Translations under genes and position numbers: made by a program
The notes under the pieces: generated by a model
What the model was told of the DNA's origin: nothing
Seen by the model: only the letters and a program-made list of their open reading frames with translations
The model's database searches: none
Assembly: GCA_018818205.1 (NCBI GenBank)
Contig: JAHISJ010000023.1
Coordinates: 95,103 to 159,102 of the forward strand
Direction: 5' to 3'
Length of the DNA: 64,000 nucleotides
Origin: Patescibacteria group bacterium
GTDB taxonomy: Bacteria; Patescibacteriota; JABMPQ01; JAHIRA01
Shown: positions 20,688 to 28,833 of the stretch, one piece after another
Position numbering within the stretch: the first letter of the stretch is position 1
Layout of the letters: the number at the start of each line of letters is the position of its first letter

Positions 20688-21386
20688 TTAAGACGTGGCC
20701 TTTTTTTCTGTTTGTTTTTGGAGATACATATTGAATGGTGAATCCTTGAGAATAATATCCGTACTTATATTCCATATTGTACCTACACAAAACGCGTAAT
20801 CATCTTTAAGAAGAGATAAATTCATAATATCGTCCATGTTGTAGGTATACGTATCTAAAACGAGTATTTTCTTTATCTGTTTTGCTGATTCATGCGCTTG
20901 TTTTAAATTGAACACAAAAAGGGAATCAAAGAGTGCAATAAGCAACTTGTTATCCGGGGTTGATTCATTGTAGCTGGCTAAAAATGGTAATGAAAGCAAA
21001 GCACTTTTAAGATTATTGGGGAGAGTAAAAGGATTTATGAGAAGCTTTAAGAGAAAATACCGGGAGCCTCCTATGCATATAGTTGATTGCACAGTAGATA
21101 AGAATTCATACATGCGGTCAAAGTATGGAACGTCTAGGTATTTACCCCATATTATTAAGTACTGCTCTCTAACGGCAGAAGAGGACTGTAAGAAAGAGAC
21201 ATATTGTTCAGAAATAGAGTCTTTGAGAAGTGAAATTGTAGTATTCCATTCACTGTCAGTGAATGTTTTTAAACCCTTAATCGATAATTCATTTATCTCG
21301 CCGCTATCAGTGCTCATTAACATGTGAAATTGTTGAAGTTTTCTTAAGTCGCCTACAGAAATTTCCTGATCAAAAAATTGTTGCAT
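20688..21386 (-). CDS. Hypothetical protein
   Basis: 232-aa ORF with TGcTATAAT upstream on the minus strand; no recognised motif. Confidence 0.65.
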   Translation of the reverse strand: MQQFFDQEISVGDLRKLQQFHMLMSTDSGEINELSIKGLKTFTDSEWNTTISLLKDSISEQYVSFLQSSSAVREQYLIIWGKYLDVPYFDRMYEFLSTVQSTICIGGSRYFLLKLLINPFTLPNNLKSALLSLPFLASYNESTPDNKLLIALFDSLFVFNLKQAHESAKQIKKILVLDTYTYNMDDIMNLSLLKDDYAFCVGTIWNISTDIILKDSPFNMYLQKQTEKKATS

Positions 21387-21442
21387 ATAGATGAGTAATA
21401 GTTAATGTACACTCATTATAGCAAAGATTTTTTTTAAATAAA

Positions 21443-21471
21443 TAGACAATCAAGCCTATTTATGCTACTCT
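21443..21471 (+). promoter_or_regulatory. Putative sigma70 promoter for 21521
   Basis: TAGACA-N17-TACTCT with extended -10 TG. Confidence 0.5.
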
Positions 21472-21520
21472 AAAATATAAATTCGAGCACCTTGTTGTCT
21501 CTCACCATTAGCAATGTGCC

Positions 21521-22915
21521 ATGACGCTACTCAATACCCCGTGCTCTAATTGGCCACAAGACAGAAGGCGAGCACAGGAACAAATCAAAGAAGTTGTCCA
21601 GATTATTTCAACTGACCATGGGAACGTATTGTGGTATCAAAAAAATACAATACACTATTTAACCACGTATTGCTGTAGGTATGAACCAAATGTGTTGCCT
21701 AAACTTGTGGAGGGGTTTAGTACACACAAACAGTATATAGAGATGTTAACCGGACTTTCCTACTTTTTTGTCGAAAATAAAAAAAGAAATAAAGAAATTT
21801 CGGGAACAGTAACTCAAGCATATAAGATGGTTTTAGTAAACGTGGATGTTATTGATGCTAAGGAAAAAAAGCTTGGGCTTATGCTCAAGGGAACTGGTGA
21901 ATTGAGAAATACAGAGTTGTTTGAGGGGACGTGGGATCGGCTTCAAAAAAGTAGACTTGGTGCAATAGGGTTTAGTACTGCTTTTGGAGCGGCGGGTCGC
22001 CTAAGATCTGATGTCCTGTTAAGAAAAATATGGTCAGAATCTGACAAGACTACGTTCACATCATGGACGTATGGGTCTGCGTTTAAGGCAGCAGGGGATG
22101 TCTTAAGCGGCGATCTTTTAGTAGAGATTTGGGCTGAGTCATCAAAAACACCTCTTGGAAGCATAGAGTATTCAGTTGCGTTACTTGCAGCAAGCAAGAC
22201 ATATAATAAGCCATTGCTAAAGGAGATATGGGAAAAAGCATCAAGTGGTGATTTAGATTCAAAGGCATATGGAGCTGCCTTAAAGGCGGCAGGTGGCGTG
22301 CATGATAAAGAGTTACTTGTAAAAATGTGGAAGAGTATTCCAAAAGCTAATTTGACCCCGGCTGAGTGGGGATCTGCATTTACGGCCGCGGGTGCTGCAT
22401 ATTCTCCTGACTTACTTGAGGAGATTTGGAAAGGTGCACCTAAAGTTAGCTTAACTGCGCCCGAGTGGGGTTCTGCACTCACAGCTGCCGGTGCCGTTCA
22501 TAGTGAAGATCTTTTAATCGATGTCTGGGAGCAGACGCCCAAAAATATGCTTACCCCAATTGAGTTTGGTTCTGCGTTTACTGCTGCAGGTGAGGTAGGA
22601 AGCAGTCGACTTTTAAACGAAATGTGGAGGGAGGCTCCAGCTAAAAAAATGAACCTCATTAGTTATGCATCGCTTATTAAGGCAAGTGGAAAGGTTAAAG
22701 ATAAAAAATTATTTTTAGAGGTATATAGTGAGATTAAGAAGAGACAAGTATTTAGGGAAATGAGGGAGCTTGGGAAGGTAATTGCGTGCTGCAAAATTTT
22801 TGACCTCAGTGATATTTTTTTTGAGGTCTACAACTATGTTCATTCATCCGGACTTAATCTTACCAGAGCAGAGAAGAGGTTTTTAGAAAAATCAGTAGAG
22901 TATTTTGAAAAATAA
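21521..22915 (+). CDS. Helical-repeat protein with 8 x 33-aa PPR-like repeats
   Basis: Repeat consensus xLTxxEWGSAFxAAGxVxSxDLLxEIWxxxPKx; last repeat NLISYASLIKASGKVKDKKLFLEVYSEIKKR resembles the PPR consensus. Confidence 0.8.
   Translation: MTLLNTPCSNWPQDRRRAQEQIKEVVQIISTDHGNVLWYQKNTIHYLTTYCCRYEPNVLPKLVEGFSTHKQYIEMLTGLSYFFVENKKRNKEISGTVTQAYKMVLVNVDVIDAKEKKLGLMLKGTGELRNTELFEGTWDRLQKSRLGAIGFSTAFGAAGRLRSDVLLRKIWSESDKTTFTSWTYGSAFKAAGDVLSGDLLVEIWAESSKTPLGSIEYSVALLAASKTYNKPLLKEIWEKASSGDLDSKAYGAALKAAGGVHDKELLVKMWKSIPKANLTPAEWGSAFTAAGAAYSPDLLEEIWKGAPKVSLTAPEWGSALTAAGAVHSEDLLIDVWEQTPKNMLTPIEFGSAFTAAGEVGSSRLLNEMWREAPAKKMNLISYASLIKASGKVKDKKLFLEVYSEIKKRQVFREMRELGKVIACCKIFDLSDIFFEVYNYVHSSGLNLTRAEKRFLEKSVEYFEK
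21947..22745 (+). repeat. Degenerate 99-bp coding tandem repeat (boundaries approximate)
   Basis: gagtggggatctgca at 22364 and gagtggggttctgca at 22463, a 99-bp period. Confidence 0.8.
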
Positions 22916-22923
22916 AACAAAAA

Positions 22924-22958
22924 AGCCATCTCTTAAAAAAGAAATGGCATTGATTTTT
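22924..22958. terminator. Probable bidirectional terminator between convergent genes
   Basis: GCCAT..CTT/AAG..ATGGC hairpin flanked by A and T runs. Confidence 0.5.
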
Positions 22959-22975
22959 AAACATTTGTGGTCCTC

Positions 22976-23227
22976 TTAGAGACCGAGTAATCGTTTCCAC
23001 CAAGGACGCTTGGCAGTTTCTAGTGTTGCAATAATCTGATGAGCTTGAGCCAAACTTTCTTCACCAAGTGGAGTGTCTTGAGAAAGCTTATGGAATTCTT
23101 CTTCTTTATTTCCCTGTTCGGCAATAATGCCTTTTTTAAATTCAACAAGTGCTTCTCCAATAGTAAACACATCAATGGTTGTTCCAAGTTTTTTTGCAAT
23201 TTCTTCTTGTGCCCTACGTAAAACCAC
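22976..23227 (-). CDS. Small orphan protein with C-terminal amphipathic helix
   Basis: 83 aa, GTG start, AGGAGG 6 nt upstream, ends KRPWWKRLLGL. Confidence 0.75.
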   Translation of the reverse strand: MVLRRAQEEIAKKLGTTIDVFTIGEALVEFKKGIIAEQGNKEEEFHKLSQDTPLGEESLAQAHQIIATLETAKRPWWKRLLGL

Positions 23228-23409
23228 AATAATCCTCCTCTGTTTTGATCAAAAGTGATCATGGGCTATTTTTATCACACCTTTAAAATTTGTCAAGACT
23301 TTTTACTTGATTTATTTCAAAACCTATGATATATAAAGTCTAGCGCAGCAAAGAGCTGCGTTGTAGTTTCCAGTTCATTTTTGTGTCTTAAAGACACATG
23401 GGAGGAGTA

Positions 23410-24177
23410 GTGGTAAGAAAGGATGTTTATAATTATTTGAATATCCCGTTTACACGGGAAAACGCAGCTTCTATAATTTCTAGCCCAGGTTTAACGCAAC
23501 AAAATATTAATGGTGCCTTTTTGACTCCTGCCCAGTGGCAGGCGAGACGTAGACTACATTCAAGCGATGGAAGGTACGCTGGATATCAGAATTTACTAAG
23601 GATGTTGGATATGCCAGTTCCTGCTGGCAAGGAAGATTTTCTCATGGGATTAGATATGCTGGGAACTCACAATCCCGCGATGCTATTTGTTGCAGCACTT
23701 CTTAATGTAAAACCAATTGATCTTAAGGATATTTCCGAAGAACAAGCTTTAACAGTCACCAGCTTCTTTGGAAACGCACGCGCTATTGTGTTGCAGGTTC
23801 TAATCCTTATAGAAATTATGAGAGTAAATGAAATCGAAAAACTCAAAGTACCAGTATTTGAAAGAAGATTGTTGGGTGCGCTTAATTTAAGTGACGCAAA
23901 ATTAATCCTTCCAGTTCTCTATGAAGGAATGGCGCTCCTCCCGGTTATCAATGATTCGCTTTTGCATTATTTGGCAAGCTATTTCGAGGCATTGCAGGAT
24001 CCGACATTGGAAAAGGTTGGAAACTGGAATTCATTTGAGCCGGGCATTTTTCTTGATAAAAGCTTGCCTCCTGAGATAAAAGTTAGTGCATCACAATGCT
24101 TGCAAACCCAAAGGGGGTCTATTAGTGAACGCATGAGAAGAGTTCAAGAGAACCTGCAAAGAATTCGCGTTAAATAA
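23410..24177 (+). CDS. Orphan hypothetical protein
   Basis: ORF 23398..24177; GGAGG at 23401-23405 favours the in-frame GTG at 23410. Confidence 0.7.
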   Translation: MVRKDVYNYLNIPFTRENAASIISSPGLTQQNINGAFLTPAQWQARRRLHSSDGRYAGYQNLLRMLDMPVPAGKEDFLMGLDMLGTHNPAMLFVAALLNVKPIDLKDISEEQALTVTSFFGNARAIVLQVLILIEIMRVNEIEKLKVPVFERRLLGALNLSDAKLILPVLYEGMALLPVINDSLLHYLASYFEALQDPTLEKVGNWNSFEPGIFLDKSLPPEIKVSASQCLQTQRGSISERMRRVQENLQRIRVK

Positions 24178-24255
24178 TATCATGAAGATTTATTTTTTTT
24201 AGGCAACTCACGCTTTGCGTAAGTTGCTTTTTTGTATTTGTTGTTGTGTTCTTCT

Positions 24256-25161
24256 TCAAATAGTATCTGTAAATCTTTTTTCTACAGTAAAGGTAATAGG
24301 AGTTGTAAGGGCAACGGGAACGTTATCAAGAATTCTTACTAGTCTTGTACGCTTAAGCAGTGAATACAATGCAACAAAATATTTTTGTCGCTCAGCAAAA
24401 CCTGGGTCAGTATCTAATCGATGGAGCGTTTTTTGTAGACTGTCTCTCTTAAATGTAATTGTTAAATCCATTGATTTACATAGTTTTTTCAGTTTTCTTG
24501 TTGTAACAAAATACAACCCATTCCACAGCGATGATTTTTTTAAGCGTGGCGCAAAAAATGGTGTAAGCTTAGGGAAAAGTGGCACCAACATGATGTTAAT
24601 GTGAGGTTCATAGGGAACAAAATAGTTAGCAGTGTTATGTATCATTACGCCCCCGGGTTTTAAGACGTTCTTCATTGCTAAAAAGGATTTATCGAACTCT
24701 GGTATATGTTCCAAAACATTATTAGAAAAGAGTACGTCAAATCGCTCATTGATTTTTGTGCAGTCTTCAGATAGTAGGGGATAAAAGTGAGATTTATCAA
24801 CATCAATTATCTTAAACAACTCTCTTGCAGCGTTAAAATATCCACCAAAACCTGAGTCAGAGGGCTCTATAGCATAGATAGTGTATCCTTGTTTTCTTAG
24901 AAAACCATACACTAATCCAAGGCCACCTCCAATTTCCAGCATAAAATCTTTTTTAGAATAATGTAAAGTTTGGATAAGTGATAATGTCAGCTCCGCTTCT
25001 TCGAGGTAGTGCTGCAAGATTTTTTCAAACGTTTCTTTTCCACTTAAGCTGTTACTAGTATTTAGAAATTCCTGATGCGACAATATTTCCTTGCTAAAAA
25101 TAGGATTCTTGTATAATTCATTACTGTATGACAGATAAAAATCAGTTAAAGATGTAGCCAT
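24256..25161 (-). CDS. Class I SAM-dependent methyltransferase
   Basis: LEIGGGLG, FDVLFSNNVLEHI, LKPGG. Confidence 0.9.
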   Translation of the reverse strand: MATSLTDFYLSYSNELYKNPIFSKEILSHQEFLNTSNSLSGKETFEKILQHYLEEAELTLSLIQTLHYSKKDFMLEIGGGLGLVYGFLRKQGYTIYAIEPSDSGFGGYFNAARELFKIIDVDKSHFYPLLSEDCTKINERFDVLFSNNVLEHIPEFDKSFLAMKNVLKPGGVMIHNTANYFVPYEPHINIMLVPLFPKLTPFFAPRLKKSSLWNGLYFVTTRKLKKLCKSMDLTITFKRDSLQKTLHRLDTDPGFAERQKYFVALYSLLKRTRLVRILDNVPVALTTPITFTVEKRFTDTI

Positions 25162-25295
25162 TGTTTTAGTTGCGAATTTTAAATAGCATCATTGCCTTTT
25201 GTGTAGTATGGAAAGGGAAATAAATTTGACACAAATACAAGCACTCACTCTGCATTTTCTAAAAAAGTGCGAAGCATGACAGCTCAGTGAGAGTA

Positions 25296-26132
25296 CTATT
25301 TACAAGAAAGTCTACGTCCATCTAAAGTATCATTCATTTTCAACCAACTAAAATTCAAGCGATTTGCCTCTTCACAAAATTCATTAGGATCTAACTCATA
25401 TTCCACACCCAAAACGGCTTTATCTTGTTCAATAAATGGTAATAGTTTCTCACATTCATCATAATAAAAACAGTGTTCATTAATGGCAAAATCAAAATAA
25501 TTCACTAAATCATCAACTTGTTCCAGGTCATTTTTTAGAGCAATGGAAAGATTTCTTTTGTGTGCTTCTTCTGCTAGCCATTTATTGTAATTGAGTTGGT
25601 CTTCGTACGTTAAATCAAAACCCGTATCATTTTGATACCCGTCACTATTGTCTGGCTCAACACCATCACATCCTTTTTGCATCGCAAGGTCAAGGCGCTT
25701 TTTTATACTGTCTGCAAAGAGAGCATAGTGAGAAATGTCCAGCCACTTTTCATCAGGCCAATTTTCTAATGGTTTTCCAATAACTTCATCTGGAAAATCC
25801 TTTGCATCTTCTCTATAATTTTCCACACTTCCTGCAGAAAAATAACAGATAACGTTGATATCTCTGCTATGAAGTTCATCAATAACTGTTTGAGGAGTTT
25901 CTGAAAGGTCTATGTCATACAAATCAACAGTGTAATCAGTATTTATGGTGCCTGATAGCTGCCATTGCCAAGTTGTCCCTTGTTTCGGCCTATACCATGA
26001 ATCATCATTGTTTGTATCAATTGTGGAAGTTTCTTCTTTTGGTGTTGTAGTAGTGTTCGTATCAAGTGGTGATATACAACCGTTTAGGATTAGGATAACC
26101 ATAATTAGCGCTTTGAGTACTATTTTATTCAT
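25296..26132 (-). CDS. GH114 endo-alpha-1,4-polygalactosaminidase-like lipoprotein
   Basis: TWQWQL, YDIDL, VICYFSAGS.E..R.D, GCDGVEPDN, LKNDL; lipobox LNG|C. Confidence 0.9.
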   Translation of the reverse strand: MNKIVLKALIMVILILNGCISPLDTNTTTTPKEETSTIDTNNDDSWYRPKQGTTWQWQLSGTINTDYTVDLYDIDLSETPQTVIDELHSRDINVICYFSAGSVENYREDAKDFPDEVIGKPLENWPDEKWLDISHYALFADSIKKRLDLAMQKGCDGVEPDNSDGYQNDTGFDLTYEDQLNYNKWLAEEAHKRNLSIALKNDLEQVDDLVNYFDFAINEHCFYYDECEKLLPFIEQDKAVLGVEYELDPNEFCEEANRLNFSWLKMNDTLDGRRLSCK

Positions 26133-26367
26133 AGGTAGTGGCTAAAAGTAGCGAAGCATTAAAACTTTCGCATCATTTTTGAAAATTATTTCACATACTG
26201 CCTGTCTGGCATACACATTTGCCAATATCTATTTTATTGTATCTAATAAAAGGAAAATCGGCAATTTTGTATGATTAATAGAGTGGTCTCTTCCTAACCT
26301 AGCGAGCATGAGATACAAAACACCAAATATCTTTGACAACAAAAAAGCCCAAAATTGGGACTTTAAC

Positions 26368-26443
26368 TGGAGCCAGGAATGGGGATCGAACCCATGACCT
26401 GCGCGTTACGAGTGCGCCGCTCTGCCAACTGAGCTATCCTGGC
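26368..26443 (-). tRNA. tRNA-Thr(CGT)
   Basis: Reverse complement GCCAGGATAGCTCAGTTGGCAGAGCGGCGCACT-CGT-AACGCGCAGGTCATGGGTTCGATCCCCATTCCTGGCTCCA; 76 nt with encoded CCA. Confidence 0.97.
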
Positions 26444-26566
26444 AATTTTTATGACATCTTTAAAATACCATAGCAATGTGGTGCTTTCAAGCACAGTTTC
26501 AATGTGAAAAAAGAAATACGATAGATCTATATTTTCTCAAAGGTAGTCTGGAATAAGCCAAAATCA

Positions 26567-26594
26567 TTGACAAAACCTCTAATTACCGTAGAAT
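26567..26594 (+). promoter_or_regulatory. Putative sigma70 promoter
   Basis: TTGACA-N16-TAGAAT. Confidence 0.7.
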
Positions 26595-26629
26595 TCGAAG
26601 TCACACTACACAAATGTTCAGGAGGAACA

Positions 26630-27622
26630 ATGAAAAAAATATTCACAATTATTCTATTTATGTTGATTCCATTTTATGCCCAGGCAAGTGTTAACAAACT
26701 GGGCGTACTTCAACTCGGTCATGCACTTGTGTGTAAAAGATTACAGCAAGAAATTTTACCAGTAGTTTTAAAGATCCTTCGTCAAAGAGATGTACAATTT
26801 GATATTATCGATATTGAACCACAAATATATTATGACAACTATCTTAAGGAAGCACGAAAAAGAAAGTTACCATATTTACTGTTATTGTCCTGCCAAAGTA
26901 CAGAGGTAAGTAAATTCAAATATCAGACTCTCTTTATACCAGTGCTCTTAAAAATTCTGGGGAAAAATTCTAAAAGCTTTAAGACAGATAGCTTAAAGCT
27001 ATATCATGTAAAGAAGTTCAAGGGGGTAAAAAACTACGTGATTAAGATAGTAAAAAGATATCTGTCATTAGTTTGGGAAAAACGAAAATTATCGTTTGTT
27101 CGTGGTTTTGTGCTCTGTGGGAACTTAATCACAACCGACTTTAATCTGGGACTTATCTTTATGGGGGTTTACGATTTAAGGTACAAAAGCAGACGCAGAC
27201 TTGCTTTTGGTATTACTGCAGGAATTGATTTTGCACAACGCTATAGAGTATCTCTTTCTGCTCTTGGTGGGTATCCCATCACTTCTGCCTCATTAAACCT
27301 GTTCTTTTCTTTAAGCGGGGCGTATGCGTTACTCTTTAAGCAGTGGAACGTTTTTTCACTTTGGATATCACCGATTGGATACGAAAATAGATTATTTTTC
27401 TTTTCAAAGAGTACCGATTTCAGAGGTCATGAGCACAGGTTTCCAGTGGGTATTGATCTTGAGCTTAACCTACTTCGTATTTTTGGAGTGAGAGCGTATG
27501 ACCTGAAACTTGTTCTAGGCGCGCGGTATTCATTAGGCTTTGCTGTTTCCAACACTAATACGCCTGCAACATTTTTGTGGAGAGATGTATCTTTTCACTC
27601 ACGATTGCTGTGGACATTTTAA
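26630..27622 (+). CDS. Exported protein with predicted C-terminal beta-barrel-like domain (paralog A)
   Basis: AGGAGG before ATG 26630; Sec signal ending AQA; alternating amphipathic strands; ends LLWTF. Confidence 0.75.
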   Translation: MKKIFTIILFMLIPFYAQASVNKLGVLQLGHALVCKRLQQEILPVVLKILRQRDVQFDIIDIEPQIYYDNYLKEARKRKLPYLLLLSCQSTEVSKFKYQTLFIPVLLKILGKNSKSFKTDSLKLYHVKKFKGVKNYVIKIVKRYLSLVWEKRKLSFVRGFVLCGNLITTDFNLGLIFMGVYDLRYKSRRRLAFGITAGIDFAQRYRVSLSALGGYPITSASLNLFFSLSGAYALLFKQWNVFSLWISPIGYENRLFFFSKSTDFRGHEHRFPVGIDLELNLLRIFGVRAYDLKLVLGARYSLGFAVSNTNTPATFLWRDVSFHSRLLWTF

Positions 27623-27662
27623 TTCTACGCCCCCTAGCCATTACGCATAGGTGGGCTTTTTT
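27620..27662 (+). repeat. Duplicated terminator element, copy 1
   Basis: taattctacgccccctagccattacgcataggtgggctttttt; 39/43 identical to 28719-28761; GCCC-CCTA/TAGG-T-GGGC stem plus T run. Confidence 0.85.
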
Positions 27663-27663
27663 C

Positions 27664-27692
27664 TTGACAGTATCTTACATTTATTGTATTAT
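27664..27692 (+). promoter_or_regulatory. Putative sigma70 promoter
   Basis: TTGACA-N17-TATTAT. Confidence 0.7.
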
Positions 27693-27722
27693 TTTAGGCT
27701 ACCCTAAAACCAAGGAGGAACT

Positions 27723-28721
27723 GTGAAAAAATATCTGTGTTTTTTTTATTTCTTAACTCTATTTCCTTGCGCTGCTCAAGGCGCTGCTCAAGTAGATTTG
27801 TCAAAAAAACTTGCTGTGCTTAAAGTCGGAATGTCTGGGAAATGTGCCCAGATTCAACAAAATCAGTGGAAAAATGTGGTAAAAAAAATGATTATCAAAA
27901 AAGGGATCCCCTTTGAAGTACTTAAGACACCTCGTAATCGTAAAGAGTTTTTAGCATTGATCAAAGATGCTGAGAAAAAAAAGGCAAGATTGATTCTTCT
28001 TATGATGTGTGGTCCGGCTAGAATTCATCAGAAAAAAGTGTATAAGCATGCGATTTTTCTATTCTTTATTAAAAATGAAGATAAAAATGCATTTTCTATT
28101 TATGCCCAATCTAGGACCACAAAAACAATCAAAGACGTTAAAAAACGTTTAAGTGTAATTTTGGATCATGGAAAAAGGTTTTTAGAATCAAGATATGTTC
28201 CAAAAAGATTCTTCAAAAACGAATCAAGAGGAAAAAAGCTCGATACTGCCTTTAATCTTGGACTTTCTGCTATAAGTACATATGATTTTATGTATAAAAC
28301 CAAGGGAAGACTTGCCTTTGGTGTAGCAGGTGATATTGACTTTGTACGTCGATACAGATTGTCGCTTGCTGTGCACGGCGGATTTCCACTATCCTTACCT
28401 TCCCTTAATATATTCGTTTCAGTGAGTGGAGCGTACGCATTACTCCACAAAAAATGGAATGTGTTTTCCTTCTGGATTGTTCCAATTGGGTATGAGGCAA
28501 GGCTGCTATTTTCAGGAAGTAGCCTTAAAGGACATGAGCATAGAATTCCGCTGGGAATTGACTTAGAGCTTCATGTTTTGCGATTGTTTAAAGTTAATAA
28601 ACCTGATTTACGTTTTGCTGTTGGTGGACGATATTCGATTGGCTTTGCCTTTGGCAAGTCTAAAAGCAGGTTTTCCTATTCTGAAATTTTATTCAATGCC
28701 GGCTTAAAGCTGGCATTATAA
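27723..28721 (+). CDS. Exported protein with predicted C-terminal beta-barrel-like domain (paralog B)
   Basis: CAAGGAGG before GTG; signal peptide; shares RLAFG, RYR.SL, SGAYALL.K.WNVFS.WI.PIGYE.RL, GHEHR.P.GIDLEL with paralog A. Confidence 0.75.
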   Translation: MKKYLCFFYFLTLFPCAAQGAAQVDLSKKLAVLKVGMSGKCAQIQQNQWKNVVKKMIIKKGIPFEVLKTPRNRKEFLALIKDAEKKKARLILLMMCGPARIHQKKVYKHAIFLFFIKNEDKNAFSIYAQSRTTKTIKDVKKRLSVILDHGKRFLESRYVPKRFFKNESRGKKLDTAFNLGLSAISTYDFMYKTKGRLAFGVAGDIDFVRRYRLSLAVHGGFPLSLPSLNIFVSVSGAYALLHKKWNVFSFWIVPIGYEARLLFSGSSLKGHEHRIPLGIDLELHVLRLFKVNKPDLRFAVGGRYSIGFAFGKSKSRFSYSEILFNAGLKLAL

Positions 28722-28761
28722 TCCTACGCCCCCTAGCTGTTACGCTTAGGTGGGCTTTTTT
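28719..28761 (+). repeat. Duplicated terminator element, copy 2
   Basis: taatcctacgccccctagctgttacgcttaggtgggctttttt. Confidence 0.85.
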
Positions 28762-28833
28762 ATTACAAACTATCTTACTTCTCTTTTTACAATTTGATAT
28801 ACTAAAGTATCAGTTAATAATTAATACTCATGT

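Noticed and set aside
21943-22482. Long antisense ORFs (also 41855-42490, 44484-44978, 33110-33562 and similar)
   Set aside because: They are shadows of well-supported genes on the opposite strand and have no motifs or initiation signals.
21947-22745. True TAL effector
   Set aside because: Only the period and an LTP start are similar; the VVAIAS-xx-GGKQAL core is absent.
26567-26629. ORF-track start at TTG 26567
   Set aside because: That TTG is part of the -35 box TTGACA; the SD and signal peptide support ATG 26630.
27620-28761. Integron attC sites or CRISPR repeats
   Set aside because: Only two copies 1.1 kb apart, with hairpin-plus-T-run terminator form; no RYYYAAC/GTTRRRY ends, no intI or cas genes.
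17900-28800. Prophage or integrative island at tRNA-Thr
   Set aside because: No integrase, transposase or phage structural gene; no duplicated tRNA 3' end noticed; genes lie on both sides of the tRNA in mixed orientation.
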